This document shows, one piece after another, positions 40,711-51,189 of a stretch of 64,000 nucleotides of DNA. Where the stretch lies: positions 704,001-768,000 of the forward strand of contig CAWJWJ010000001.1 of NCBI GenBank assembly GCA_963846575.1, written 5' to 3'. The DNA comes from an uncultured Nitrospiraceae bacterium. Its GTDB lineage: Bacteria; Nitrospirota; Nitrospiria; Nitrospirales; Nitrospiraceae. Both the position numbers and the translations under genes were made by a program. Under the pieces are notes generated by a model that was given only the letters and a program-made list of their open reading frames with translations, did not search any database and had not been told where the DNA came from. Position 1 is the stretch's first letter. Each line of letters begins with the position of its first letter.

Positions 40711-40797
40711 GTGCCTTGTGCCAGTGAAATAACTGGGCACCGCCAGGGCGTGACGGACGGATCGTCTGGTCGAGAAGGCTAGGTGCTGAAGAGATGC

Positions 40798-41724
40798 TTA
40801 GACGGCAAGGGAGGGAGCCGGCCGAAGCAGTCCAATGGAAGGACGGGATTCATGAGCGGGAGCGCTATGTTCGGCAGTGATAAGGACCCATTTGTCGCGT
40901 TGCAAGAGGATTTGCTCGACGAGCCTGGTGTGCATGGCGTGGCCGGAGCGTTCAGCGACAATATGGCCGATGAAGGGGAAGCCGAGAAGAGCAATATCGC
41001 CAATCAAGTCCAGCACCTTGTGGCGAACAAACTCGTTCGGGAAGCGAAGGCCGGATTTATTGACGACACCATCTTTTGACAGAACGACTGTGTTCTCTAG
41101 GGTCCCGCCCTTCCCTAGTCCTCGTGACCACAAAGCCTCGACTTCGTGCAGGAATCCGAAAGTTCGTGCGGTCGCGATCTCTTCCTCGAAAGCCGAGGCG
41201 GTGCAGGTGTGCGTATAGGACTGAGTTTGGATCAACGGATGATCGTAGTGGATGGAGTACGTGATTCTCGGTGTGGAAGATGGTTCGATCCTGACACGAC
41301 GGGCGCCATCCACGACTTCGATAGGCTGCGTGATTTTCACATAGGACTGCCGACGAGCTTGGGATATCACCCCGGCTGTTCGAATGAGACGTACGAAGGG
41401 GCTCGAGCTCCCGTCCAGCACGGGAACTTCTCCGGCGTCGACTTCGGCGTAGACATTGTCGACTTCCATTCCGACCAAGGCGGCTAGGAGATGTTCGATC
41501 GTTTTGACTTGGTGACCATTTACGCTGATGGCAGTACAGAGTTCGGTCGGAACCTTATTAGTAACCGCAGCGGGCAGAAGGGTCTCTTCTGAGCCGGTCC
41601 GGTACACAAACACAATGCCTGTATTGGGAGGGGCCGGACGGAGTGTCAGTGTGACCGGCTGACCGGAGTGAAGCCCGATACCAGAACAGGATACTGAAGA
41701 ACCGATCGTCTGCTGAAACCGCAC
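40798..41724 (-). CDS. lpxC: UDP-3-O-acyl-N-acetylglucosamine deacetylase
   Basis: GIGLHSG, TIEHLLAAL, DGSS, ARTFGF, HKVLDLIGD, GH..H; GTG start after GAGGAGG. Confidence 0.96.
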   Translation of the reverse strand: MRFQQTIGSSVSCSGIGLHSGQPVTLTLRPAPPNTGIVFVYRTGSEETLLPAAVTNKVPTELCTAISVNGHQVKTIEHLLAALVGMEVDNVYAEVDAGEVPVLDGSSSPFVRLIRTAGVISQARRQSYVKITQPIEVVDGARRVRIEPSSTPRITYSIHYDHPLIQTQSYTHTCTASAFEEEIATARTFGFLHEVEALWSRGLGKGGTLENTVVLSKDGVVNKSGLRFPNEFVRHKVLDLIGDIALLGFPFIGHIVAERSGHAMHTRLVEQILLQRDKWVLITAEHSAPAHESRPSIGLLRPAPSLAV

Positions 41725-41756
41725 AGTGCCTCCTCTGTAATGTGACACACTAATCT

Positions 41757-41800
41757 AGCAATGCTTGTGCCAGCCAAGATAAATTTTCAAGTATTTGATT
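41757..41800 (-). promoter_or_regulatory. sigma54 (-24/-12) promoter with IHF site
   Basis: minus strand TGGCAC-AAGCA-TTGCT (41772-41757) and AATCAA-ATAC-TTG (41800-41788). Confidence 0.75.
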
Positions 41801-41968
41801 TATTGCAACATTCATATGCACTGGCCTGTCATGAATGTTGCTAAATTCACACAATTGTATCTTTTGGTGGGTGCTCGGAAGGCCAAAAAATTTGTCTTTT
41901 CAATGAGTTGCTGAATCGGGGCCGACACATACCTCAACTAGCAGTACTCTCCCGGCGTTCCTACAAAG

Positions 41969-42640
41969 CTAAGGCCTCGGTTCTAGTTCAATAAGACCCT
42001 TCCTGATAGCCAGAATGGCAGCTTGGGTGCGGTCATAGACCTGGAGTTTGTGGAAGATATTACGAACATGATTTTTAACGGTCTTTTCGCTCAGGTCCAA
42101 GCTGTTCGCAATCTCCTTATTGGTCTTCCCGTCTGCGACTAGCCTCAACACCGTAATCTCCCGTTCCGTCAGATCATGCTCGACCCAGGCCGGCTTTTTG
42201 CCTTTTTTCTGCGACATGAGGGAAAATTCGGCCAAAATTTTGCTCGCCACTGACGGGTGAATGAGCGACTCGCCTCGATAGATCGCTCGGATAGCGGCCA
42301 CGATTTGAGACGACTCCGAATCCTTAAGAAGATAGCCGGTGGCGCCAGCCCGCACGAGATCGAAAATGTATTGCTGTTCCTCGTACATCGTCAGGGCGAC
42401 AATGCCCATGTGAGGAAATTCCCGTTTGATTTGGCGTGTCGCTTCAATGCCGCCCATCCGTGGCATGCTGACATCCATCAGGATCACATCGGGCATGAGG
42501 GTTTTGGTTTTTTCGACGGCCTCCGCACCATCTTGTGCTTCACCGACGACATTGATGTCTTCTTTGGTCTTGAGTATGGCCGCAAGCCCCTCACGAACCA
42601 CCCGGTGATCATCGGCTATGAGGACCTTAATTTTTTCCAT
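41969..42640 (-). CDS. NarL/DegU-family response regulator
   Basis: IADDH, ILMD.SMP, GYLLK, LTERE...G.TNKEIA..L.LSEKTVKNHV. Confidence 0.95.
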   Translation of the reverse strand: MEKIKVLIADDHRVVREGLAAILKTKEDINVVGEAQDGAEAVEKTKTLMPDVILMDVSMPRMGGIEATRQIKREFPHMGIVALTMYEEQQYIFDLVRAGATGYLLKDSESSQIVAAIRAIYRGESLIHPSVASKILAEFSLMSQKKGKKPAWVEHDLTEREITVLRLVADGKTNKEIANSLDLSEKTVKNHVRNIFHKLQVYDRTQAAILAIRKGLIELEPRP

Positions 42641-43748
42641 TGCGAATGGTCTCCTTGTCGGCTAGTGGGACTCGCAACACGATCCGCGTGCCACGCCCCT
42701 TCTTCGAATCGATTGTGGCTTCTCCTCCCACCAGTCTTGCCCGTTCCAATATGCCGCGAATGCCGAAATGATCCCACTTCTCCGGGTCCCTGAGCACCGT
42801 GTCCATATCAAACCCGATCCCGTTGTCGGTGATCGTCACTTGCAACAGGTCGAGACGGATATCGAGTTGAACCGAGACTCGGCCGGCCTTGGCATGCTTC
42901 TGTACATTGCTCAGCGCCTCCTGCACGATTCGAAAAAGAAAAATTTTGGTTCGAGGGAACAGAATGGTTTCATCCCCTGTCACGGAACAGGCTGTCTTGA
43001 TGTGGTACTGAGTCTCGTACGATTTGAGGTAGTTGGTGAGCGCAGGGATCAACTCCATCTTGTCATAGTGCAATGGGCGCAAGTTGAAAATGACCTGCCT
43101 GGCTTCCTGAATCGCTAGTTTCAGCTGGGCTTTGGATTCTCGGATCGTGGCCAAGCTGGCCTTCGGATTTTTGCGCAGCAGCTCTTGGGAGAGTTCCAGT
43201 TTGAAATTGACGCCGGCGAGACTCTGGACCAGCCCATCGTGGATTTCGCACGCGATACGGGTGCGTTCCTCCGTCACTGCGGCTCCGGTTTCTTTGACAT
43301 AGAGGCGATACAGCGACTGATACTTATTCAGGGCTTTTTCGATGTCAGCCGTGGCGCGAATGCGGGCTTCGATCAATTGCCACATGAACTTCGCGCTGGC
43401 CCCTCCGATTACAGAGACACCCAGCCGGCGGATGTCTTGCAGGTATTCGCCCACTTCAGGGTTGCCCGAGACATCTATCACTAAGTCAACCGGCCCCATT
43501 TTCAGGAGTTGCCGGTAATTGCGGGTCACACGGATGTGCAACCGTCGGGCAAGGCCGAGACCGGGAGCTTCAGGGCTGATGTCTGCCACGCCGACGATCC
43601 TGACTAACGGATCGTTCGCGAAGATTTCCATCAACGCCGTGCCACCACGGCCTGCGCCAATGATCACCACATGCGTGGCTCCGGGCGCTCGTCGCCTGCT
43701 GGGCCGCAGGGCTTGCCGTCGTTCGCGCGTAGTTGGAGAGGTTGCCAT
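42627..43748 (-). CDS. cytoplasmic HisKA_3 sensor kinase with N-terminal Rossmann-like domain
   Basis: VVIIGAGRGG, VGVAD; EERTRIACEIHDG, QEALSNV.KHA, DNGIGF, FGIRGI.ER. Confidence 0.9.
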   Translation of the reverse strand: MATSPTTRERRQALRPSRRRAPGATHVVIIGAGRGGTALMEIFANDPLVRIVGVADISPEAPGLGLARRLHIRVTRNYRQLLKMGPVDLVIDVSGNPEVGEYLQDIRRLGVSVIGGASAKFMWQLIEARIRATADIEKALNKYQSLYRLYVKETGAAVTEERTRIACEIHDGLVQSLAGVNFKLELSQELLRKNPKASLATIRESKAQLKLAIQEARQVIFNLRPLHYDKMELIPALTNYLKSYETQYHIKTACSVTGDETILFPRTKIFLFRIVQEALSNVQKHAKAGRVSVQLDIRLDLLQVTITDNGIGFDMDTVLRDPEKWDHFGIRGILERARLVGGEATIDSKKGRGTRIVLRVPLADKETIRNGKN

Positions 43749-43846
43749 GGGTTTGACGTAGGGGGGAACGGAACCCTTTCCCGTGCTGGCGCCCACCCTG
43801 CCTAAACGAGCGTTTCGATTCGAAACGGTGAGGGAAAGGGGAGGGC

Positions 43847-44311
43847 TTATCGCTCCCGGCGCTGCTGGGCCAGGGCTTTAATTTCGTCCATGAACTGGTC
43901 GATGTCTTTGAACTCTCGATAAACCGATGCGAACCTTACATAGGCGACTTGATCGAGCTGCGACAGCTCCTTCATAACTTCCTCGCCCACGGCCGTACTC
44001 ACGATTTCCGTCTCGCCCAGATCCTGAATGCGTTTTTCGATCCGATCAGTGACGGTTTCAATGGTGGCGGTGCTGATTGGGCGTTTTTCGCAAGCCTTTT
44101 TGAGCCCGGAGACGATTTTCCCCCGATCGAACGGTTCCCGGCGCCCGTCTTTTTTCACCACCGCCGGCATGGTCTCTTCGACACGTTCGTAGGTGGTATA
44201 GCGCCGCTTGCAGGATAAGCATTCGCGTCGCCGCCGGATGACCTCACCTTCCTTGGCCATCCGCGAGTCGACGACTTTGTCCTCCACATCGTCGCAGAAA
44301 GGACACTTCAC
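43847..44311 (-). CDS. nrdR: transcriptional repressor NrdR
   Basis: CPFC, DSR, IRRRREC..C..RYTTYE, ATP cone, [10 protein letters not shown]. Confidence 0.97.
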   Translation of the reverse strand: MKCPFCDDVEDKVVDSRMAKEGEVIRRRRECLSCKRRYTTYERVEETMPAVVKKDGRREPFDRGKIVSGLKKACEKRPISTATIETVTDRIEKRIQDLGETEIVSTAVGEEVMKELSQLDQVAYVRFASVYREFKDIDQFMDEIKALAQQRRER

Positions 44312-44326
44312 AGGCGAACGTCCTGC

Positions 44327-45604
44327 CTAAGCGGGAGACGAATCGTAGGCATGAAAGATGGGAAAACGGTTGCACAATGTTTTGGCCTGTGCCCGGACCT
44401 CGGCCTGAACCTGCTGGTCCTGGGGATGCTGCAGCACGCGATCGATGAGTGCCACTATTTCACGCATGTCTGCTTCGCGCATGCCGCGGGTCGAGACGAT
44501 AGGACTGCCGATCCGTATGCCGCTTGCCACGGCTGGAGGTTTCTCATCGTAGGGCACGGCATTTTTATTGACGATGATACCGGCGGCGTCCAGCGCGGCA
44601 TCAGCTTCTTTCCCGGTAATTCCCTTGTTGGTCAGATTCACCAGCATCAAATGAGTATCGGTCCCGCCCGACACAATCTTATAGCCCCGTTCGACTAGGC
44701 CTTGAGCCAGCGTTCGGGCGTTGGCGATCACCTGCTGCTGATACCGCTTGAATGCGGGCGACAAAGCCTCTTTGAAAGCGACGGCCTTGGCGGCAATCAC
44801 ATGCATGAGCGGACCGCCTTGGAGACCCGGGAAAATAATCTTATCGACGGCCTTGGCATGTTCGGCTTTGCACATGGTGACACCACCGCGAGGACCCCTC
44901 AGCGTCTTATGAGTCGTCGTCGTGACAAAGTCGGCATAGGGCACGGGGTTAGGATGCAACCCGGCCGCAATGAGTCCGGCAATATGTGCGATGTCGACCA
45001 GTAGATACGCTCCGACGGCCTTGGCGATCTCCTGAAACTTGGGGAAATCCAGCGTGCGGGCATAGGCGCTGGCACCCACCACCAGCATCCGGGGACGGCA
45101 TTCCTCGGCGAGCTTTCGGACCGCGGCATAGTCGATGGTTTCGGTCTGCCGGTCGACTCCATACGAGAATGCCCGAAAAATGATCCCGGAGAAATTGACC
45201 TTGCTGCCGTGGGTGAGATGTCCTCCTTGTGCAAGGTCTAACCCGAGAATCGTGTCGCCGGGTTTAAGCACGGCCAGGTATGCCGCCATATTGGCCTGCG
45301 ATCCGGAATGGGGTTGGACATTGACGTGCTCTGCGCCGAAGATCTGTTTGGCTCGTTCAATGGCCAGAGATTCAACCGTGTCAACATGCTGGCACCCACC
45401 GTAGTACCGCTTGCCGGGATAACCTTCGGCATACTTGTTGGTCATGAGACTGCCCTGTGCAGCCAGGACCGCTGGACTGGCGAAGTTCTCCGACGCGATC
45501 AACAGCAACTTGTCTCGCTGCCGCTGTTCTTCGGCGAGAATGGCTTCGTACGTCTCGGGGTCGGTCGATTTCAGCGCGTCCAACGAACCGGTCACATGCT
45601 GCAT
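44327..45604 (-). CDS. glyA: serine hydroxymethyltransferase
   Basis: [46 protein letters not shown]. Confidence 0.98.
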   Translation of the reverse strand: MQHVTGSLDALKSTDPETYEAILAEEQRQRDKLLLIASENFASPAVLAAQGSLMTNKYAEGYPGKRYYGGCQHVDTVESLAIERAKQIFGAEHVNVQPHSGSQANMAAYLAVLKPGDTILGLDLAQGGHLTHGSKVNFSGIIFRAFSYGVDRQTETIDYAAVRKLAEECRPRMLVVGASAYARTLDFPKFQEIAKAVGAYLLVDIAHIAGLIAAGLHPNPVPYADFVTTTTHKTLRGPRGGVTMCKAEHAKAVDKIIFPGLQGGPLMHVIAAKAVAFKEALSPAFKRYQQQVIANARTLAQGLVERGYKIVSGGTDTHLMLVNLTNKGITGKEADAALDAAGIIVNKNAVPYDEKPPAVASGIRIGSPIVSTRGMREADMREIVALIDRVLQHPQDQQVQAEVRAQAKTLCNRFPIFHAYDSSPA

Positions 45605-45659
45605 GGTTCCTCCGCGCGTGGCATCAGGTCTGATGGGCCACGCTTGATTCCGTAACGGC

Positions 45660-46142
45660 CTAAGCTGGGGTAGCTTCCGTTTCCGCTTCCGGTTCTTCTT
45701 GTTTTTTCACGACATGGACCGCAATGGTCGCGGTGACTTCGCGTGGGAGCTTGATGGCAATGGCAAAGGTTCCGAGTTCCTTGATGGGCTGGGCCAGCTG
45801 GATCTTGCGTCGATCTACAGTGAACCCCTGTTCGGCCAGTCCTTCTGCGATATCCTTGGCCGTCACGGACCCGAACATTTTATCGTCTTTTCCGACCTGG
45901 GCGGGGATGGTCAGGGATACCGCCGAGATTTTCTTGCCGTGTGTTTCGATGTCCTGCTTTTCCTTCTTGGCCTTTTCAGCGGCGGCTCGCTTGGCGTGTT
46001 CAAATTCTTTAATGTTCCGGCTATTGGCTTCTACAGCCTTCTTGCGGGGTAAAAGATAGTTTCGGGCAAACCCGCCCGAGACGTCTAAAAGGTCCCCGAG
46101 GTCGCCGACACCTTCGAGTGTTTCTTGGAGAATCACCTTCAT
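45660..46142 (-). CDS. rplI: 50S ribosomal protein L9
   Basis: [27 protein letters not shown]. Confidence 0.97.
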   Translation of the reverse strand: MKVILQETLEGVGDLGDLLDVSGGFARNYLLPRKKAVEANSRNIKEFEHAKRAAAEKAKKEKQDIETHGKKISAVSLTIPAQVGKDDKMFGSVTAKDIAEGLAEQGFTVDRRKIQLAQPIKELGTFAIAIKLPREVTATIAVHVVKKQEEPEAETEATPA

Positions 46143-46361
46143 ACTGCAACTCCTTCTGTTGGAAAGGGAAAAAGCATACTGGGGGCCTCTGTAAAAGTCA
46201 ATTGATCAGGAGCGGCGTCGGCGGGGTTTCTTCACTCGTATGAGAAACTGAAAGGCAGGTGCTCACCGATCAATCCGGGCCGAAAATGTTGACCAAGGTG
46301 ACGCCTGCTGGACAGGTTCTTTCCCGAATCATTAAGATACGCCCCCCAGGGCGTTGGAGAA

Positions 46362-47828
46362 ATGTCGGGTATGACTACAATACCAAGCACCTTGCCGGAG
46401 CTCCTAGACAGTGTGGCTTCCCAATTGGAAGAGGACGCCGCGCGGTCGTCCCAACCTGGAATCGATCAGGCAGTTCCAGTTGTGCGTGGTCGATTGCTAC
46501 AGACAGTGGGGAATTTGCATCTCTATGAATTTTTCCTGGCTACGAGCCAGGTGATTGGGATCGACCTTGCGGTGACGGTGGTCCTGGGTGAGGACGACGA
46601 GCCGACCGAAGGCATAATCTTGCTTCAGGAAGGGGAGCGCCTGATTGTCCAAGCCTTCGATCTGATCGGAGACTCCGTACCTAACGCAACGCTCGTGCCG
46701 GACTTTAGTGGCCTGGCGCAGACGACTAGTGAGCGTTTGGTAGAGATGAGTAAGGCGGGTGGATCCTATACGCTCGGGCCGGCTGAACGGCTTGTACCGC
46801 TGCTAGAAGCGGGACAGTCAGGGCATCGTGGTGCCCTGGAGGCCTTAACTGCTACCTCGGTTTTAACTCCACTCTGGCATGACGATCCTACGGTTCGGCG
46901 GCAGAAGGTGGCCACGCTCGTCATTGAATTACTGCGTGCGAACAAACGCATTCTTCTGGTCACTCCCGATCACCTGAGTGCCGACACGATTACTCTCCTG
47001 ATTGCACGGGCAATGAAAGCGGCGGGATTGACGTTTAAAAGTTGGCTGAGTCGTTATGAGCTGGCCATCAGCAATGCCAGCGGGGGTATTCCCCTGCCGG
47101 AGTTGGGGTTCGAGGCCCAAATGCATCAGTTTTACGCCAAGTCCCGCTCCGACAAAGCGGTGCTGCGCAAGAAGTACGAACGGTTTCGTGAACTCACGCC
47201 ACTGCTCGCATACAAAGCCCAAAAACAACGAGACCTCGACGAGGTGCGCCTGCTGGAATGGCGATTGCTGACCCACTTGAGCGAATTGCAGGCGAAGGTT
47301 CACGAGATTGAGAAGACCCTGGCCGACTATGAGCAACTCCCGATTTGGAAGCGACTGTCCATGCAGGCGGTCGGAAAGAATGTCGAGACTTTGCGCGAGT
47401 ACCTGATCATCTATGAGCGGCAGAGCGCCGGTCTGCGCAAGGAAATCGACATTGCCAAGGAACGGATCAGCGAACTCGTTCCCGAAGCCGCGGTGCCGAG
47501 GGAGCTTAAACCTGAATTCGCCGAGCTCAAGGAAGAGGTCATTCGGTTGGGAGGCACGAAGAAAATTCGAGAACTGCTGTCGGCACAGGAGGATACCAAT
47601 CGACAGGCCTTTGTGCAGAATCGGCGGGTGATCGTTACCACCGCCGGGCGCGTGGCCGCGGATCCCTTGTTTCGCAGGGTGCGGTTCGATGTGCTGATTG
47701 CCGACGAAGCCCCGCAGATTCGCACAGCACCTCTGTTGGCCGCCGCCGGACTGGTCCGCGAGCGCATCGTGCTGAGCGGCGACCTGCGCGAAGTGACTGC
47801 GAATGGTCCGTGGCACCTCGCCGGTTAG
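46362..47828 (+). CDS. truncated/degenerate SF1 (DNA2/NAM7-like) helicase-related protein
   Basis: RILLVTP, long coiled coil, FDVLIADEAPQ, IVLSGD; no Walker A or second RecA domain seen. Confidence 0.7.
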   Translation: MSGMTTIPSTLPELLDSVASQLEEDAARSSQPGIDQAVPVVRGRLLQTVGNLHLYEFFLATSQVIGIDLAVTVVLGEDDEPTEGIILLQEGERLIVQAFDLIGDSVPNATLVPDFSGLAQTTSERLVEMSKAGGSYTLGPAERLVPLLEAGQSGHRGALEALTATSVLTPLWHDDPTVRRQKVATLVIELLRANKRILLVTPDHLSADTITLLIARAMKAAGLTFKSWLSRYELAISNASGGIPLPELGFEAQMHQFYAKSRSDKAVLRKKYERFRELTPLLAYKAQKQRDLDEVRLLEWRLLTHLSELQAKVHEIEKTLADYEQLPIWKRLSMQAVGKNVETLREYLIIYERQSAGLRKEIDIAKERISELVPEAAVPRELKPEFAELKEEVIRLGGTKKIRELLSAQEDTNRQAFVQNRRVIVTTAGRVAADPLFRRVRFDVLIADEAPQIRTAPLLAAAGLVRERIVLSGDLREVTANGPWHLAG

Positions 47829-47870
47829 GGCTTCTCTCATGGGGAGAGGGCAGATTTTCATCGGCTCACC

Positions 47871-47899
47871 TTGACGGGTTGGAGCCGATCAGCGATAAT
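47871..47899 (+). promoter_or_regulatory. tRNA promoter
   Basis: TTGACG-17 bp-GATAAT. Confidence 0.6.
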
Positions 47900-47916
47900 C
47901 CCACTCCATTTCTCAC

Positions 47917-48003
47917 GCCGAAGTGGCGGAACTGGCAGACGCACTGGTTTCAGGTACCAGCGCCCGTAAGGGTATCCGGGTTCAACTCCCGGCTTCGGCA
48001 CCA
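47917..48003 (+). tRNA. tRNA-Leu(CAG)
   Basis: acceptor stem GCCGAAG/CTTCGGC, anticodon arm CTGGT-TTCAGGT-ACCAG, long variable arm, GGTTCAACTCC T-arm, encoded CCA. Confidence 0.97.
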
Positions 48004-48059
48004 TCCTTTCTGCACTGCACCGACTTCCAGAACTCGCGAACAGGCAGGAGAGCGTCGTG

Positions 48060-48300
48060 GCACTAGCGTGTTCGACCCGCTCAATAGGGTCGTCGAGTTT
48101 TCGCAGCCTTGATCGGGCGGTAGCGCAAGAACAGTTCCACCATTGAATGGCCGACGATCTTCCTGATCGTTTCCTATCGATCCCAGCATCCGCTAGGTTT
48201 GTGACTCCCCGATGCCGGAGATGGTGAAGATGAAATTCCGGATGGTTTGAGCCATGTACATGTCCCGAACGACGGGGCACGTGTCGCCATACTTCTTTCA
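48060..48300 (-). pseudogene. tyrosine integrase C-terminal remnant
   Basis: FHLHHLRHRGVTNLADAGID in one frame and ETIRKIVGHSMVELFLRY in the adjacent frame; next to the tRNA 3' end; boundaries approximate. Confidence 0.75.
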
Positions 48301-48596
48301 TTCCTGTTCGAAGACCAGCCCTGGATGCGAGTGATGCCAGCTTGCTCCTATCCTGTTTCGTTTCGGTCAGGAAGCCAGGGCGAACGATTCTCGCCTTGTC
48401 CAGATCGGCCCGATCCCAGGTCAGGGCGAGAGCCCTCCGGCTGGTATCGGTATGGTAGCCAGTCAGCACAGGACAAGCTTGAACCAGCCCGGCGCCGGTC
48501 GCTGTATAACTATCTTTAGTCAAGGGGTGTCCAGAACTCCGATCTTTCTTGCCACGGGAACGTGGTCTCGTAGTATGTGACTAGGAGGGCACACCG

Positions 48597-48725
48597 ATGA
48601 ACGAACGTCCCGTGTATCCGAATACCTTCAACCAGGGTGCAATCATTGATCGCCGATTCCGCCTCCTTGCGCTGGCAAGCGCACTGGTAGCGGGAGGCCT
48701 CCTGACGTTCTATCTTCTGCAGTAG
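48597..48725 (+). CDS. 42-aa small membrane protein
   Basis: SD AGGAGG; MNERPVYPNTFNQGAIIDRRFRLLALASALVAGGLLTFYLLQ; TTGCCA..TAGTAT upstream. Confidence 0.6.
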   Translation: MNERPVYPNTFNQGAIIDRRFRLLALASALVAGGLLTFYLLQ

Positions 48726-49517
48726 GGGTCAGGGCCCCCGTTCTTGCGTCGGCATGAGCGTACAACGTGTGAGCCAGGCATCGAGCAAGCCATCACCCGT
48801 CTTCGTCACCCTGGCAATAACTCCCACAGGTCGATCCCACCTCATAGCAACTACCCGCAGAAGTCCCGCAGAAGTGTAGGGTTATCTGCTGCCGCGTCAG
48901 AGCGACAGATTTCAGCTGTGTCGAACCTACCCCCAAATCGTTCCGGCATCGATCCCAAGTTCAATGAGCATCCTTGGCGGTGCCCGCAGGATCTTCCCAA
49001 TGCAAAAACACAACAAGTCCCCTTATTTCCTCGGAGGACGGCTAAGTTGGCAGAAAAGACAGTCGGCCCTCACGCTCTTTTGGATTTTCTTGTCCATCGG
49101 ATTTGCAATGGGGCTAACAATTGGTAAATTCGGGGTGAAAATCATTAAAAAGCGGCTATGGAAATATTATCGCCAGATTGTCGGCACCTGAGAACTCCTT
49201 GGAGGCAATCGGTGGTTTCATAGGGATACCTGTTGGATTTCTCTTCGGCTATCGAATCTGGAAGCTTGCCATGTTGCAAACCGGCTTCCTCACTCCGGCT
49301 CAGCTTGAGGCGCTCAACAAACCGGAAGAAGACTGATAAGAGGTCTTGAGCGTGGCTCATTACTGGAAAGCTGCAAAAGAGCGGATGTGGTAGCCTGCAT
49401 AAGCGCTTGTGGCCCCCTCTTGCCGACAGTCCCCAGGGCTTCGCCTAGTCGTGTGAACCTCCAGTCCGTGAGACTCTCGCTGGGAACCTACCATCTTCCA
49501 GCTCGAGAGGTTTTTGA

Positions 49518-49739
49518 ATGGGACAACACTGGGGGCTCTGCAAAAGTTGCAAGTGGTGGCAGATCGAACCGACAGCAACGATCGGTGATTCGACGGTCGG
49601 CTTATGCATTGAAGAGAAGCTGCAACCGTTTCAACTCAGTGTGTCCGGGAATAGTGGGTGCAATCGACAGGTGCAGGGCGAACCAGCCCGTGCAAAGGGA
49701 TCAGGGGCACAGCCTCCCACTGCGGAACCGGTGCGGTAA
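49518..49739 (+). CDS. small Cys-rich hypothetical protein
   Basis: SD GAGAGG; WGLCKSCKWWQIEP...GLC...SGCN. Confidence 0.7.
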   Translation: MGQHWGLCKSCKWWQIEPTATIGDSTVGLCIEEKLQPFQLSVSGNSGCNRQVQGEPARAKGSGAQPPTAEPVR

Positions 49740-50013
49740 AACCACATCCCATATCAAAGGGATCCTTCGGCCCATCTGAACCCGAAGCCTAAATCCGAGA
49801 CTTCCGTTCTGTCGGGAGTCTGCCACCCAGGATGTGTGTCAGAGAGTTTTCGAATCATTCCCTCAGTGCGTGACCGCCTGCTCGTCGTTTACCCCAATCT
49901 TCTTCCCACTAGTCTGGTTCGACCGACCGGACCATACTGGCCTAGGGAACTCCTCGGACTATCCTAGCGTTCTTCCCAGGCCCGCTCGCGAGAAAACACA
50001 GTAGGATGTGGTT

Positions 50014-50133
50014 ATGACGCACGACTTTAGAGCGTGGTTTTTTCTCGTCGCTAGCTTTCTGCTCCTGTTGGTTATTTGTGGCCTCGCCATGGTGGGTCTG
50101 CTGACGAGGCCGTTGCGGTGGAGCGAGCGATGA
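50014..50133 (+). CDS. 39-aa small membrane protein
   Basis: AGGA upstream; MTHDFRAWFFLVASFLLLLVICGLAMVGLLTRPLRWSER. Confidence 0.45.
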   Translation: MTHDFRAWFFLVASFLLLLVICGLAMVGLLTRPLRWSER

Positions 50134-50199
50134 CGTCCCGGCAGGGCAACATCCGGGATCGGGATGCGGATCTCACCTTTCTACGAAGGAGTGATAGGC

Positions 50200-50352
50200 A
50201 TGAACAACATAGTCGTGATTATTTTGATCCTGTTGCTGATCGGAGTACTTCCGACCTGGCCCTACAGCAGCGGCTGGGGATATTATCCGTCGGGCGGATT
50301 GGGGCTCATTCTCCTGATCGTGCTTATTCTCGCATTGACCGGTAGAATGTAG
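50200..50352 (+). CDS. DUF3309 family small membrane protein
   Basis: LLLIGVLPTWPYSSGWGYYPSGGLGLIL; SD AAGGAG. Confidence 0.9.
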   Translation: MNNIVVIILILLLIGVLPTWPYSSGWGYYPSGGLGLILLIVLILALTGRM

Positions 50353-50832
50353 GCCTTTTCCCGGGCAGGCTTCTTCTGCGACACCTCGGGAGACGATGTC
50401 ATCGTCGCGGGGCGAAATTGTCATGCAGTAGGACTGCCACGGTTGCTTCACTCGATCGGGAGCCGTCCTCCACCTTTCTAAAGAGGTGGCCACTTCTTGT
50501 TATTCTTTGAACTATCCTTGCCCAACGCGTCTGCTCCCCTGCGGTCCAACCCTTGCTACCTCGATGGCTACGTCTTGTACGGGGCGCATTATTCCAGAGA
50601 TCGGTGCGGAGCAACCGTGTCTGCTCTTGACTCCTTAAGCCTTCCACGCCACATTGCTGTGGAGGTGGCGGCCATGCATCTGTTGATGAGAGCGATCTTC
50701 ATCCGAAGTTCAGCAGGGCTGCTACATGTGGAAGGGCGCTCGCTCTTAACCGCGTTTGCCTCACGAACCGAATGTGGAGCGACCATCGCCGAAAGGAGAT
50801 GACGTAGCCCAAGCGGGCTGCATCATAAAACA

Positions 50833-51189
50833 ATGATACGAGCCAGGATACCAGTTCAGCACAGTTCCGACGGATTGTGGAAGACGGGGCAGTGTTCCAT
50901 CCAGATTGACTCTCTGCGACAGATCCCCCTTGCCGCCGTGTCCCCGGAGGAAACGTTAGAGGACCTCGTCGAAACCGTGATGGGGCAAGCCCTTCTCTCT
51001 CTCGATAAGAACGGACGACGAGGCACCTCGGAACCGATTCAATGGGAAATCATGGTGGATCGCGTGCCCCACTGTTATCGCTGCGTTCAGCCGCTGCGGC
51101 AGACACCAGGACCATCGGCTGAAGCGAGCGTTTCCCAGGCGTCCAAATGGACCTGCGAACAGTGTGGAACAACGATCCAATTGAGCTAA
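50833..51189 (+). CDS. hypothetical protein with C-terminal zinc ribbon
   Basis: CYRC and CEQC pairs. Confidence 0.5.
   Translation: MIRARIPVQHSSDGLWKTGQCSIQIDSLRQIPLAAVSPEETLEDLVETVMGQALLSLDKNGRRGTSEPIQWEIMVDRVPHCYRCVQPLRQTPGPSAEASVSQASKWTCEQCGTTIQLS

Noticed and set aside
47858..48523. 221-aa minus-strand ORF as an intact gene
   Set aside because: It runs antisense through the tRNA and only a short part carries integrase motifs; treated as a remnant.
48854..48875. Tandem 11-bp repeat CCCGCAGAAGT x2 as a CRISPR or att site
   Set aside because: Only two adjacent copies with no spacers, no cas genes and no match to the tRNA end. I saw no CRISPR array anywhere in the window.
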